Shown here: piece after piece, positions 47,027 through 64,000 of the stretch
Numbering within the stretch: the stretch's first letter is position 1
Layout: each line of letters begins with the position of its first letter
Assembly: GCF_009914755.1 (NCBI RefSeq)
Contig: NC_060935.1
Reading direction: 5' to 3' (one strand)
DNA: 64,000 nucleotides
Source of the DNA: the human T2T-CHM13v2.0 reference genome, Homo sapiens
Program-made: the position numbers and the translations under genes
The notes under the pieces: model-generated
Told to the model about the DNA's origin: nothing
The model's database searches: none
Seen by the model: the letters and a program-made list of their open reading frames with translations, nothing else

Positions 47027-47400
47027 TATGTGTAATCTAAAAAAGTTGATCTCATAGAATTAGAGAGTAGAGTTGTGGTTAACAGGCTGGGGTGGTTGTT
47101 GGGGAAGGAGAATTGGGGCAATATTGGTCAAAGGATACATTATTAATTATAGTTAGATAGGAGGAATAAGTTCAAGAGCATTGCACAGCATGGTAACTAT
47201 AGTTAATGACAACATATACAGTTCTTGAAAAATGCAAAGAGAGTGAATGTTAGGTGTTCTCACCACAAAAATGGTAACTATGTAAGGTAATATATTTGTT
47301 AATTTGCTAGATTTAACCACTCCACAATTTATATATACTTCAAAATTTCATGTTGTACATGATGAATACATATAATTTATCTGTCCAGTTAAAATATATA
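47027..47400 (+). mobile_element. L1MA 3' end
   Basis: TAGATAGGAGGAATAAGTTCAAGAG..TTCTCACCACAAAAATG. Confidence 0.85.
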
Positions 47401-47404
47401 TGTA

Positions 47405-47694
47405 GGCTAGGCGCGGTGGCTCCTGCCTGTAATTCCAGCACTTTGGGAGGCCGAGGCAGGCGGATCATGAGGTCAGATGTTCGAGACCAGCCTGACCAAC
47501 ATGGTGAAACCCCGTCTCTAACAAAAATACAAAAATTAGCCAGACGTGGTGGCGGGCACCTGTAATCCCAGCTACTCAGGAGGCTGAGGCAGGAGAATTT
47601 ATTGAACCCGGGAGGCGGAGGTTGCAGTGAGCCGAGATCCCACAACTGCACTCCAGCCTCGGCAACAGAGCAAGACTCCATCTCAAAAATAAAT
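47405..47694 (+). mobile_element. Alu (AluS)
   Basis: Both arms; TSD AAAATATATATGTA at 47391-47404 and 47695-47708. Confidence 0.96.
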
Positions 47695-48065
47695 AAAATA
47701 TATATGTATATATTATAAAAAGAAAAAGACTTATCTCCCCCAGAAAAAGGGAATTCTGCCAGCAGACTGCTTTTGGACTCAAACTCCATCATTAACTGTC
47801 CCCTAAATTTCCACGCTGTAGATTTTGGACTTGCCAGCCTCCAAAAGCACACAAGCCAATTCCTTAAAAATCTCTGTCTCTCATAAAAAAAGGGTGGAGG
47901 GGCAAATGGGCATTATGTATTTCAATGTATTATATATTTAGTATGTTATGTATTATTATGTATTTTAATCTCCTACCAGTTGTGTTTCTCTGTGGAACCA
48001 TGGTGAATACATGGTAACAGATTAATATTAGCTAAAATTATAAACAATGTCCATTTGTAGGTTAA

Positions 48066-48133
48066 ATTGAGGCATATTATTCCCTAATGCTTTCTCCTCA
48101 TTGAGGCATATTACTCCCTAATGCTTTCTCCTC
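48066..48133. repeat. 34-bp tandem duplication
   Basis: ATTGAGGCATATTA(T/C)TCCCTAATGCTTTCTCCTC x2, one mismatch. Confidence 0.9.
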
Positions 48134-48621
48134 ATTAAGGTAACTGATAAGTCCAAATTAGCACTCAGAAAAAGAGACTGATGGCTTCGAAGATTAAGAT
48201 ATTCTAGATACTTGACACTATGATGAGATTATTTTGCTACATAATGTACATTTTCCCCACCCCCTTTTTTAAGCCGATCATTCAACTATTACTGCCTTAT
48301 GCTAAAAGACAATGCATATGGATCCTCCCTGGAAAATGACACATGGCCTCTTCAGGCCTGCTCCCTACCTCTTCTACTGTCTGATCAAGGGGCCCACCAG
48401 ATATTGGACTTTCTTCCTTGTGGTAGAAGGTGGAAGCTGCAATAATTTATCTTTTACTTTGGAGGGAATGTCCCAGAATACCATTGACCACTGGACTCCT
48501 AAAACTTCATGAATGTGACAAGTCCCTGAATCCTCATAGGGTTTATCTCCCAGCCTCTGAGGTGTGTGTGTCTTATAAAGGCCTCCTGTATGCTACCCAC
48601 CTCTTGTTCATTCCACCTAAT

Positions 48622-48971
48622 TGTCTTAGTTTAGGCTGCTGTAACAAATTACTACAAACTGGGTGGCTTATAAACAGAAACTTATTTCTTACAATTCTGG
48701 AGGCGAGAAGTGCAAAATCAGGGTGCCAGCATGATCCAGTTCTGGTGAGGGCCCTCTTTACAGTTACAGACAGCCATCTTTTCAGTGTCCCCAAATGGTA
48801 AAAGAATCAAGCTCTCAGGGTCTCTTTTATAAGAGTACTAATCCCATCCATGAGGTATTTGCCTTCATGATCTCATCACTTGCCAAAGCCCCCACTTGCT
48901 AATACCATCACATTAAGGGTCGGGATTTCAATATATGAATTTGGTGGGACACAAACCTTCAGTCTGCAGCA
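48622..48971 (-). mobile_element. MLT1A0-like solo LTR
   Basis: TGTCTTAGTTTAGGCTGCTGTAAC..CAGTCTGCAGCA; imperfect TSD CTAAT/CTGAT. Confidence 0.88.
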
Positions 48972-49776
48972 CTGATCAACATAACTGTCATCAACATGAT
49001 ACTTTAGCACATGATTTTTCCAGGATGTCTAGATGATCCAGATCTCTTTGGACTATGAGAAGACTGAGGGAGAAAAAGTTAACATAGCCTGGAGAAAACC
49101 ATAAATCTGTATTTTTGTCTACTCAGTGATAACTGTTTCTGATCCTCTTTTCTCATTGGGATAGCAGCCATATTAATCTAGCCTAGCATAAATACCATAC
49201 CTGACATGACAGCTGCAACTGGGGCTAGTACGTGGTCAAGCTTGTAGTAGTTAGTTATAGTTACCCTCCCAGATCCATATGGTTTCTGCAGAGGCCAGAG
49301 TGGTAAATTGAAAAGATCTATGATATGGCTACCACTTCTACATCCTTTAGATCTTCAACAGTGACATTCATCTCCACTATTCCCTGTCCCCTTGTAATAT
49401 GTGATTTTGCTTTTCATTTACCATCATGGCTGGTATTGCATAGGGTGATTTCAGGTGCTTCCTCTTGACCTTTCCACAATAATAGCTTTCCCCAACAGGC
49501 TGTGAATCCAAGGAGGGTGTTCTACCAACCACCAAGTATGGCAAAACCAATTATACATTTGAGGACTGGAAAATGACCACTGGGAGGAACTAGCGAGCCA
49601 AGATGCCCGAATAGGAACAGCTCCGGTCTACAGCTCTCAGCATGAGCGACGCAGAAGACGGGTGATTTCTGCATTTCCATCTGAGGTACCGGGTTCATCT
49701 CACTAGGGAGTGCCAGACAGTGGGCGCAGGACAGTGGGTGCAGCACACCGTGCGCGAGCTGAAGCAGGGCAAGGCA

Positions 49777-50040
49777 TTACCTCACTCGAGAAGCACAAGG
49801 GGTCAGGGAGTTCCCGTTCCTAGTCAAAGAAAGGGGTGACAGACTGCACCTGGAAAATCGGGTCACTTCCACGCTAATACTGCGCTTTTCCGACGGGCTT
49901 AAAAAATGGCACACCAGGAGGTTATATCCCACACCTGGCTCAGGGGGTCCTACGCCCACGGAGTCTCGCTGATTGCTAGCACAGCAGTCTGAGATCAAAC
50001 TGCAAGGTGGCACTGAGACTGGGGGAGGGGTGCCCGCCAT
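49777..50040 (-). CDS. L1 ORF0 (antisense ORF in the 5'UTR), 87 aa
   Basis: MAGTPPPVSVPPCSLISDCCASNQRDSVGVGP matches primate L1 ORF0; GCAATGG Kozak context; expression unknown. Confidence 0.7.
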   Translation of the reverse strand: MAGTPPPVSVPPCSLISDCCASNQRDSVGVGPPEPGVGYNLLVCHFLSPSEKRSISVEVTRFSRCSLSPLSLTRNGNSLTPCASRVR

Positions 50041-50623
50041 TGCCCAGGATTAATTAGGTAAACAAAGCAGCCAGGAAGCTCGAACTGGGTGGAGCCCACC
50101 ACAGCTCAAGCAGGCCTGCCTGCCTCTGTAGGCTCCACCTCTTGGGGGCAGGGCACAGACAAACAAAAAGACAGCAGTAACCTCTGCAGACTTAAATGTC
50201 CCTGCCTGACAACTTTGAAGAGAGCAGTGGTTCTCCCAGCACGCAGGTGGAGATCTGAGAACAGGCAGACTGCCTCCTCAAGTGGGTCCCTGACCCCTGA
50301 CCCCCGAGCAGCCTAACTGGGAGGCACCCCTAGTAGGGGCAGACTGATACCTCACACGGCCGGGTACTCCTCTGAGACAAAACTTCCAGAGGAACGATCA
50401 GACAGCAGCATTTGCGGTTCACGAAAATCCGCTGTTCTGCAGCCACTGCTGCTGATACCAAGGCAAACAGGGTCTGGAGTGGACCTCTAGCAAACTCCGA
50501 CAGACCTGCAGCTGAGGGTCCTGTCTGTTAGAAGGAAAACTAACAAACAGAAAGGACATCCACACCAAAAACCCATCTGTACATCACCATCATCAAAGAC
50601 CAAAAGTAGATAAAACCACAAAG

Positions 50624-51640
50624 ATGGGGAAAAAACAGAGCAGAAAAACTGAAAACTCTAAAAAGCAGAGTACCTCTCCTCCTCCAAAGGAATACAGTTC
50701 CTCACCAGCAATGGAACAAAGCTGGACGGAGAATGACTTTGACAAGTTGAGAGAAGAAGGCTTCAGATGATCAGACTACTCTGAGCTACAGGAGGAAATT
50801 CAAACCAAAGGCAAAGAAGTTAAAAACTTTGAAAAACATTTAGACGAATGTATAACTAGGATAACCAATACAGAGAAGTGCTTAAAGGAGCTGATGGAGC
50901 TGAAAGCCAAGGCTCGAGAACTATGTGAATAATGCAGAAGCCTCAGGAGCCGATGCGATCAAGTGGAAGAAAGGGTATCAGTGATGAAAGTTGAAATGAA
51001 TGAAATGAAGTGAGAAGGGAAGTTTAGAGAAAAAAGAATAAAAAGAAACGAATAAAGCCTCCAAGTAGTATGGGACTATGTGAAAAGACCAAATCTACGT
51101 CTGATTGGTGTACCTGAAAATGACGGGGAGAATGGAACCAAGTTGGAAAACACTCTGCAAGATATTATCCAGGAGAACTCCCCCAATCTAGCAAGGCAGG
51201 CCAACATCCAGATTCAGGAAATATAGAGAACGCCACAAAGATACTCCTCAAGAAGAGCAACTCCAAGACACATAATTGTCAGATTCACCAAAGTTGAAAT
51301 GAAGGAAAAAATGTTAAGGGCAGCCAGAGAGAAAGGTCGGGTTACCCACAAAGGGAAGCACATCAGACTAACAGGGGATCTCTCAGCAGAAACTCTACAA
51401 GCCAGAAGAGAGTAGGGGCCAATATTCAACATTCTTAAAGAAAAGAATTTTCAACCCAGAATTTCATATCCAGCCAAACTAAGCTTCATAAGTGAAGGAG
51501 AAATAAAATACTTTACAGACAAGCAAATGCTAAGAGATTTTGTCACCACCAGGCCTGCCCTAAAAAAGGTCCTGAAGGAAGCACTAAACATGGAAAGGAA
51601 CAACCAGTACCAGCCACTGCAAAATCATGCCAAATTGTAA
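50624..51640 (+). pseudogene. L1 ORF1p, disrupted
   Basis: ATGGGGAAAAAACAGAGC start, AAATTGTAA end; premature stops such as TGA at 50768. Confidence 0.9.
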
Positions 51641-51703
51641 AGACTATCGAGGCTAGGAAGAAACTGCATCAACTAACGAGCAAAATAACCAGCTAACATC
51701 ATA

Positions 51704-55531
<3,828 letters not shown>

Positions 55532-57638
55532 ACAATGAGAACACATGGACACAGGAAGGGGAACATCACACTCTGGGGACTGTTGTGGGGTGGGGGGCGG
55601 GGGGAGGGATAGCATTAGGAGACATACCTAATGCTGTACAGCACACCAGCATGGAACATGTATACATATGTAACTAACCTGCACATTGTGCACATGTACC
55701 CTAAAACTTAAAGTATAATAATAATAATAAAAAAGAAAAAAGAAAATGACCACTGAGTTTGTCCATGAAGCAAATGGATCTGCTGTAAACTGGGCCTTGT
55801 CCAGGACTCAATTTGTTACCTGGCATCCCTTTTCCATGAAAATGCTTTGGTTCTCTGGGTATTAATGTCATGTCAGACTCCGTGTTCAAGAGTCCTCCAC
55901 CTATTTGTGTATTCTGCTTTCCCCACTATACAGTTAGCTGAAATAGCCATAGGGGATCATTACCACATACATTTTCCATGCTGCTATAGAGTCCCTTCCT
56001 GAGAACTCAGTTACCTTTCAATGTATTCTGAGATCTGACCTGACTCAGGTTTGGATATTGGGCAAGAGATTGTGACTTTTTTTAAACTGGGAACAACCAT
56101 TCTCAGCTTCCAGATCTTCTGCCCTTGATTTGATTTGTCCTTGATTTGGTTGCTTAAGTACTTTCCTTGTTGGCCACCATGTTTTATTGATCTTTATAAC
56201 TTTCTGTGAAGAAAGGCGGACTGCCATCCCATTCTTACAAGTCATTATGATAATGACAATGCTCTAGCTTCTGATGAGTAAGTGCTAGGATCTGGCCTCT
56301 ATTTTATTCAAGGTCCTATCATTCCTATTGCTATCAGAAAGCCAAGTTCTATGACTGCCTCTCCTACAGAGGAGAATCATTACTGAACATTTTAGTGATT
56401 CCAGTGCCCTTCTCAAGGTGTTTTTTTTTTTTTTCATAAGACCTTTGTAAATGGTGTGGGCTCTGGGCCTTCCCATAGAATGTAATTATCAAGTGTGTCT
56501 TCCAGCCATATGTAGTAGATTCAGGACATCAATCCTATGTCGTTGAGCCTTTCAATCCCTCCCTCTACTGTCTACCACAATAATTATGGCATTTCAATTT
56601 CACTCAGCCTGAGCCATTCTATTTTTCATGCTTCTAGAACTCATTCTAGTAGCAGGATTGTCCTATCTCCTAGTATCCTTGCCAGTGTCCTAAATCCTTT
56701 ATCTCAGGAGATTACTACCAAATCAAACTCTTTATTAATTAACTATATATATTAGAGTGATGATCTAGCATGCTGAGAAGCCAGTCCCAATCATACTCCC
56801 CCAGCTCCTGCTGTATACTTCTGCAGGTCTTTGGAGTAGAGTTCCATTCCTCCTTCCTCAGGTGTAGCACCTTTCAGGCCCATCACCTCTCAAATTGGAT
56901 TATGCTGTCACTTGGCCATAATTATAGGGCTAGTAGCCAGGAGAGAGTAGGTCCTGAGACAGGCATGTGTCACTCACTTTGCAGAAGAGATTCCTATGCA
57001 TTATCTTTCAGCCCAAAGAGGTATTTGCTGTTAATAGGAAGAGTTGAGGGCCATTTCTGAATGCTAAGAAAGTTCAGGAGAGTCTGGGAAGCCAAACTTT
57101 GGGATGCAGCCACCCAGATGTCCTCATCCTACGTGTCAGGGCCCCAGATTATCCTAATCAGAGCCCCAAATTTGATGTAACAGATCTGTTTTGTGGGACA
57201 TTTAACTATATTTGACATTCTATCATTTCAACTCTTAAATGGGCTTGGTCCTCATTTTTATATGTCTCCCTGGTGCAGGAGATAAAAAGTTTTTTTGTAT
57301 ACAAAGAACCCCTCTTGCTTACTTTCCTAATTTTTAATTGCCTGCTCGTTATCTTTCTGTGGCACAGAAGCTCTTAAGGACATCCATCCAATTTATTCTT
57401 TCTTATAGTTTCTCTTTCCTCTGTGTGTCCCAAATACTTGAAATATTGTACCCACCAATGCTTTCTCTACCCATGGTAGACACTAGACCAACACAATATA
57501 TCACCAGTGAAAGCTGTATCTGCTCCTCCCACCAATAGTGATAGGGTCCTCAGTTCCAGCTGAGCGGTAAGTAATCCAGCTCCAAAACCCTATCATATCA
57601 CCTACTTTTTCAGTCCATACCACCTCTGGTACCAATTG

Positions 57639-58051
57639 CTACAGGTTGAGTTCTCCAGAAGCTACTCTGAGACCAAATCAGGGTGCAGGATTTTTTTTTT
57701 TTTTTTTTTGGAATTAATATTAATCCAACAAGAAGGGGGAGGAAGCAGACTTGAGCAGAAGAAGTCAAACTACAATGCAACAATCTCCTAACCAAACAGA
57801 AGGAACGCTCAACAGTCAGTTACACACCACAGTTGTCCTGCTTCAGGCTTCAATGGCCAGGCTTTTTAACCCTACGCTACTTAATTACTGGGTATGGGTT
57901 TCCCCAGCAAGAGGGTGTCATTGGACGAGGAATCTTTCTACCAGGGAGGCTGACCTTAAAGGAGCTGACAGCCAGAAGTGCTCTGCACTCCCCACAGCCA
58001 GGCTCCACTTACATGAAGTGAGCTGGGTGGCACATCTCTATATCTACCACT
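57639..58051 (-). mobile_element. LTR16/LTR33-like LTR (5' LTR of provirus 2)
   Basis: CAGGTTGAGTTCTCCAGAAGC..GGGTGGCACATCTCTATATCTACCAC. Confidence 0.6.
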
Positions 58052-58622
58052 TGGTGGCAGTAGTGAAAGGACTGAGATGAGGTTATAAAATGAAAATTCA
58101 TCTGCCAAAACGATTGCAGGATATTGCTATTTGGAATCAGCAAAATATGAGGAAGATGTACCGGACTCGATTGGAAAATGTGAGGCTGCTAGACCGAGCA
58201 AGTACTAAATTTTAGCTCGAGCTTTATTTAGTAATATGGGTATAATTACCAGATTATGGATTCAACTATAAAAGCTGAAGCAGCTGGAAGTTGCTTTTGT
58301 GTTTCTCATCTAATTTGATAAAAACTTGAACTCAAAGGTGGTCCAAGCTAGATTTTGGCCTCTATACTGTAAACAAAGAATTTCTGTCAACTAAGTACTT
58401 CACGAGATAGAAATTCTAGTATGTATTTACCACATAGCAACCAGATAATCACCACCAACCTTCAACTATATCCTATTAAAGGATGCAGAAGGCACACTCT
58501 CCCCATCAAGACATAGGAGAGGAGTGTGCCAACAGCTATGAAGTGCTAGAGTAGTTGTTCTCTATATAGCACAATGCTGGTGAAAAATGCTAAAGATTAA
58601 ATGGCCTCCCTCAATTCAATAG

Positions 58623-58788
58623 TGTATTAGGTCATTCTCACAATGCTATAAAGAAGTGCCTGAGACTAGGTAATTTATAAAGAAAAAGGGTTTAATCAGC
58701 TCAGCTCTGCAAGCTATACAGGAAGCATGATACTGTCATCTCCTCAGCTTCTGAGGAGGCCTCAGGAAACTTACAATCATGGCAGAAG
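58623..58788 (-). mobile_element. MSTA-like LTR fragment
   Basis: TGTATTAGGTCATTCTCAC..GAGGCCTCAGGAAACTTACAATCATGGCAGAAG, truncated. Confidence 0.85.
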
Positions 58789-58930
58789 TCTCTCACTTAT
58801 GAGTGAGAATATACGATGTTTGGTTTTCCATTTCTGAATTACTTCACTTAAAATAATAGTCTCCAACCCCATCCAGGTTGCAGCAAATGCCATTAATTCA
58901 TTCCTTTTAGTGGCTGAGTAGTATTCCATT
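58789..58930 (-). mobile_element. L1PB fragment
   Basis: Reverse strand encodes MEYYSATKRNELMAFAATWMGLETIILSEV (ORF2 C-terminus). Confidence 0.85.
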
Positions 58931-59027
58931 GAGTAATTAATAGAGGGAAAATTAAGCTGCAACATGGATTTGCTTTCATGTTAAGAAAGCTACTGCATTT
59001 CATCAGCATCTTTTGTCTCAGCAAATT

Positions 59028-59078
59028 CAACTCCAGCCTGGGTGACAAAACAAGACCCTGTCTCATAAGAAAAAGAAA
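59028..59078 (+). mobile_element. Alu 3' fragment (~50 bp)
   Basis: ACTCCAGCCTGGGTGACAAAACAAGACCCTGTCTCA plus A-rich tail. Confidence 0.8.
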
Positions 59079-62000
59079 CCCAAGCTTATCTAAGCTAGAT
59101 GGGGCATTTATTTTAGCAATACTGTCCATGAACTCTGAAGAGAGACACCAATGATCTCATGATGACTGGAATTCCTTCTGCCACCTTCAAGCAGAAAATT
59201 GAAAACTACAGTCTATGCACACACATGCACCCTAAGGGTCAGGCTTTGTCAGCGAGGTCCTATCAAAGAGGATGGGGGCATTGCCAGGAGATACCCCTAA
59301 TAAATCCATCCCCTAATACGTCCAGCCCTTAATGATGTCCTGGGATGGACTCTCCTTCACAGGCTCATACTTCAGTGTTTGTAAATATGTCATCATAACC
59401 CCACTCCAACTGGTAAAATAACTTCCCCACAGCAAATAAAGACACAGCCTAGACAAGTATTAGAAGCAACTCCGTTAGCACAAAGAAAACTTCTCACCAA
59501 TCTCAAATTTTTCTGTAACTCTACATTCAAGATGCATTTTTACTGCAAAAACAAGTTCCTAAGAAGAACACAGGAATGAGGAAGGATACAAGACAAGCCA
59601 GGGGGGTGCAAGAGAAAAGAAAAACAAGTGTTATCCAGCTTGTGATGCAATCACAGGCCAAGCACCCATGGATGGAATCACTTAACAGGCTCTGGGGGAA
59701 AACAGACTGTCAGGTCCACTGTAGTGCCACTGGAGGGAGCAGGAGTGAAATAGTGACTGATATCTGTGCTAAATATACTGATGTTCTGAGATTATTGGGG
59801 TCAGGGGAGGAGATTGCAGAGAGAGAGAGGAGAAGATTGCATAAAACGGGACAATTAATAGATATGTATAGTGCACAGGCAAGTGGAGTGGTAGTACAAG
59901 AGCAAGGTAGCAGGCTCGTACAGTGAGGCTGTTTCTTGGGAAACTAGGGAGCAGCCCAAAGATAGTGGAATTACTAAGAATTCCATTGATATTTCCAATC
60001 AGCAATGGCCATTCAAGAGAAAATCCATGCAAAATTTGGGATCAAATGTTTCAGGCATTAAGGAAAGTTAGGGCGACTCATCCTTCCTTTCTCAGTTACG
60101 AAAAAAAACCCAACCTTAAATAGAGCAGACAATTTCCAGAATGGAATGCAAGGCCACTGTGAATTGGCTAGCCTCTATGCAAGCAAGGCCCTGCTTTAAC
60201 GGTAGCTGTTAGTCCAGTTCTTTCCAGGCTGCTATTTTCCTTCTTAGTGACTTGATGTTACTTCTGAGTACATGTCTTGGGTCCTTACATCACATATTTT
60301 TTACTTCTAACCATAAATTCTAAAGGTGTGCTCACTAGAACGGGAGCCCTCTCTAGATCATTCTAAGCAAAGTTTGGAGAACTAGTTGCCTCCTTTCTTT
60401 GGGTTCACAGTTTCTATGCCTGTAATCAGTTGTCAGGATCCCTGTTGAGAATCTCCAGAATAAGTTTCTGCCTATACCCATGAATATTTATCAGCCTAAT
60501 TCACCAGGAGGCTTAACCCAGAGCTTCTCCCTGACTTCTGGAAGCTCAAGGTTTTTTATACTACTTGTCACCAACACTGTGTTCCAGCATATTCCCAGAT
60601 GATTAAAACTTCCAAAGCAGTAGACCTTTATTATTCCAAAAAGATTCCTCCATCAACATACCAAACTGATGAGGGATTGTAAAGTATACAGAGAGCCCCT
60701 TCTCCCACATTGAGGCACTTCTCCAGCAGGAAATAAGAATGTAGTTAGTCATAATAGAAGCTCATTAAACTTGACTAGGATTTTAACAGTTAGGGAAAGA
60801 TGACAATCACTTAAAGTTCATTAAGATCCCATGTCAGTATAACCTTTAGTATAAAGCATGGCATGTTTTTGCCCACAAAATTTTTAATCTCAAATTAAAT
60901 GAGACTTGACCCTTGATCTATGTTCCAATCCATAACAATATTTGGCATATGAGCAAAGGCCATATTAGTTTTAAAAAAAAACTAGTTTAATTATTATGAA
61001 TTTTGTAATAATTATATTCTAACTCATAATGTAACCCCTATTTAGTGCAATTAGTAAGATTTGATTTCTAACAAAGCCTGATTCTACTAATATCAAAGAT
61101 AAAACGTACTGGGAGATTGAATTAAAACTTCTACAAGGTGTTTTTCCACTGTACCTGATTCATCCAAAAATCCTCTCATCTATAAAAGAAATAAGAATAC
61201 CGACCAACAAAAAAGTTGTCAGAATCAACTGTTGCAGAACTACAGAAATTAATCAAAGGCTTGCAACAATCTGGGAATAATTTATTTACCAAAAAAAAAG
61301 CTCAATCTTGGTAAGAAAAATAGGTTTATAGTTTTATAACTTCCCTTTTCCTATCTCCTCTCCCAGCTCAGTCACAGCCTCAAAAGTCAATAACCTACAA
61401 TCACAGTGAAAACCAGCAGCCTGTCATACACTGAAGAAGGTGGAATGGGGTTGGAGCTTCTTTAAAGCACATTCACAGAAAATTGTTGTGATGTTAATTG
61501 CCTGTTGGTTCCCTAGAAGAGCCCACTGACAGGGTTGTCTTCATTTTTACCTTACTAAGAACTCTCCCTTGTGAAAAATTCTTTTCCCCAAAAGTGTTGA
61601 AAACAATAAGAGTCAATTGCATAATATTGCAGCTGCCTGAAGTGGTGGATAACAGTTATGGCTAACAACAGACTAATTAAAAAGCTTAAAGGGAAAGCTA
61701 GAGGATAAGCTGTCCATAGGAACCTTGAAAAGCTGTGACACATCCCTGAGACTATAGAAGCCACTTATGTGTGTAAAGCTGTGTGCATGTACAGGGCTCT
61801 GCATATGCTCAGGAAATACCTGATAACCCTCTAAACTCTCTCCTCTGGCTAGTCTGGAGGTTCTGCACAAACAGGAAGTGAAGGCTAAGGCAGAGTTGTC
61901 AACTACTCAGTTGCATGTCAAAGGCATGCCCCAAAACACACACAGAACCTCTTAGCAAAGATTAATTGATTCCAGATATTTAAGGAAATTTCTATCCAAT

Positions 62001-62243
62001 CATGTGTTGGTCACTAAACTAACCATTCAGACATGTCAGTGGCCACACATGAGAAATAGAATTTTACAAAATTAGTTCCCAAAATTCACTAAACAAACAA
62101 ACAACTAAAAACAGCAACAACAAACCCTGGAGAGTGGGAAAGAATCTGAATTCCAAAGTTGCCACACTGTGTTATCTTGAATGTCCAATATTCAACAAAA
62201 AATTAAAGTCATGCAAAGAAACAAGAAAGTAAGGCCCATACAC

Positions 62244-62245
<2 letters not shown>

Positions 62246-62285
<40 letters not shown>
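62246..62285. repeat. (CA)n microsatellite
   Basis: About 20 perfect CA units. Confidence 0.97.
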
Positions 62286-62287
<2 letters not shown>

Positions 62288-62732
62288 GTCAATAGAAACT
62301 TTCCCTGAGGAAGAAAAAATATTGAACTTACTAGACAAAGACTTTACATCAACTACTTAAACATGTTCAAAGTACTAAAGGAAGCCATAGCTAAAGACCT
62401 ACAGGGAAGTATGAAAATTATGTTTCATCCAATAAAAAATAAAAAGATAGAAATTATTTTTTGAAAAACCAAATATTAATTCAGAAGTTGAAAACTAACT
62501 GAAGTGAAAAATTCACTAGAGCTCAATAGCGGATTTGAGCCAGCAGAAGAAAGAATCTGCAAACGTCAAGATAAGTAGATTGAGATTATTCCGTATGAGA
62601 AAAGAAAAGAGAATAAACAAAAGGAATAGAGCCTCAGAGTCCTGTGGGACATCAGTAAATTACCAACATACACATAATGAAAATCCAAGAGAGGCTAGAA
62701 AGGAGCAGAAAAAATATTTTAAAAAATAATGA

Positions 62733-63076
<344 letters not shown>

Positions 63077-63129
63077 TTACATGTCCAAGAAGCTCAAGAA
63101 ACTCCAACCAGGATACACTCAAAGACAAT

Positions 63130-63600
63130 TAAAATATTCTAAAATTGGTTGTTGTGATAGTTGCACTTTAAATATACAAAAAGCTATTGAATTGTACTCT
63201 TTATATCTGTAAATTGAATGGTATGTTAATTATATCTCAATAAAGTTTTTAAAAAGAGAATGAGGTACCAATACATCCTTACAACATGGATGAACCTTTA
63301 AAACTTTGTTCTAAGTGAAAGAAGCCAGTCACAAAAAGCCACGTATCATATAGCCCACTCATATAAAATGTTCATAATAGGCAATTCCATAGACACAGAA
63401 ACTAGATTTGCGCTTGCAGAAGTTGGAGGGAAGGGAGTTACTGACAATGGGTATGGGATTCCTTTAGGGAGTGATAAAAATATTCTGCAATTAAATAGTT
63501 GTGATGGATTCACAATCTTGTGAATATGCCAAAAATCACTGAACTACATACACTAAAAGGGTGAACTTTATGGTGTGTAAGTTATATCTCAATGTTTATA
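63130..63600 (+). mobile_element. Two old L1M (L1MB/ME) 3' ends
   Basis: TATATCTCAATAAAG terminus at ~63245 and TATATCTCAAT at ~63590; CTAAGTGAAAGAAGCCAGTCACAAAA. Confidence 0.75.
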
Positions 63601-64000
63601 AAAGCAACACCCTCCTCCCCAGAAATTTCAGTAGTGAAAAGGTGTAAAACCATTGTAATGGTTGCACATGTTTATGCTGGAAAATTGGTAAACTGAAATG
63701 TTTCTTTAAAACACTTATACTTCATTGGGAGAGAGTTATTTCTTTGGAAAATGCCCTTTCTCTTTTTTCTATGAATAGTCAAAGTTTCAGGAAAAAGAAC
63801 CAGTAATACACATGTATTTTAAAAGGTGTGACTAAGTGTCAGAGGGTAGATTGTGCAAGATAGGTACCTTAGAGCTTGACCAGGACAACTCTTTGCTAAT
63901 CTTCAGGAATTCTTGGGACTCTGGCCCTGACTCAGCCAAGACAAGAATAGTGAGCTAATGATTAATGATGTGATGATTAAAGTTCAAATTCTCCTGGTGG

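Larger units (their letters stand above)
46833..48011 (+). mobile_element. MLT2 (MLT2D-like) LTR with nested L1 and Alu
   Basis: TGTGATGGTTAATTTTATATGTCAAC start; resumes ~47718; ends TGTTTCTCTGTGGAACCATGGTGAATACA. Confidence 0.85.

Noticed and set aside
58060-58620. Possible plus-strand ERVL gag-like remnant
   Set aside because: Too degenerate to call without an alignment

Overview
This is AT-rich primate (human-like) genomic DNA that behaves as intronic or intergenic sequence and is dominated by transposable elements. I could not support any host protein-coding exon, RNA gene, CpG island or CRISPR array. The long ORFs in the track are LINE-1 ORF0/ORF2 pieces, Tigger1 transposase remnants, ERVL pol/protease remnants or Alu read-through. 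Main contents: one full-length inactive L1PA3/4-type element (49583-55741, 14-bp TSD, intact ORF0, long 5'UTR); a twin-primed 5'-inverted L1 (33428-36253); a third L1 (39028-40574) inserted into a MER53; a near full-length Tigger1; two fragmented minus-strand ERVL-class proviruses; MaLR LTRs (THE1, MLT1, MST), MLT2 LTRs, about 11 Alus, MIR/L2, and MER5/MER58/MADE1/Tigger3 DNA-transposon relics. Subfamily names come from recalled consensus sequences, not a database search. I did not find a new biological system. The most notable observations are: (i) a mosaic of shared non-consensus variants, including an identical ORF2 nonsense codon, among the three neighbouring L1s; (ii) an unexplained 88-bp hairpin next to a strong CTCF motif in unique sequence; (iii) a 31-bp palindromic templated insertion in an L1; (iv) an inverted ~120-bp duplication of ERVL protease sequence into its own RT; (v) a local duplication of a MER5 cluster that can be dated by a later L1 insertion.
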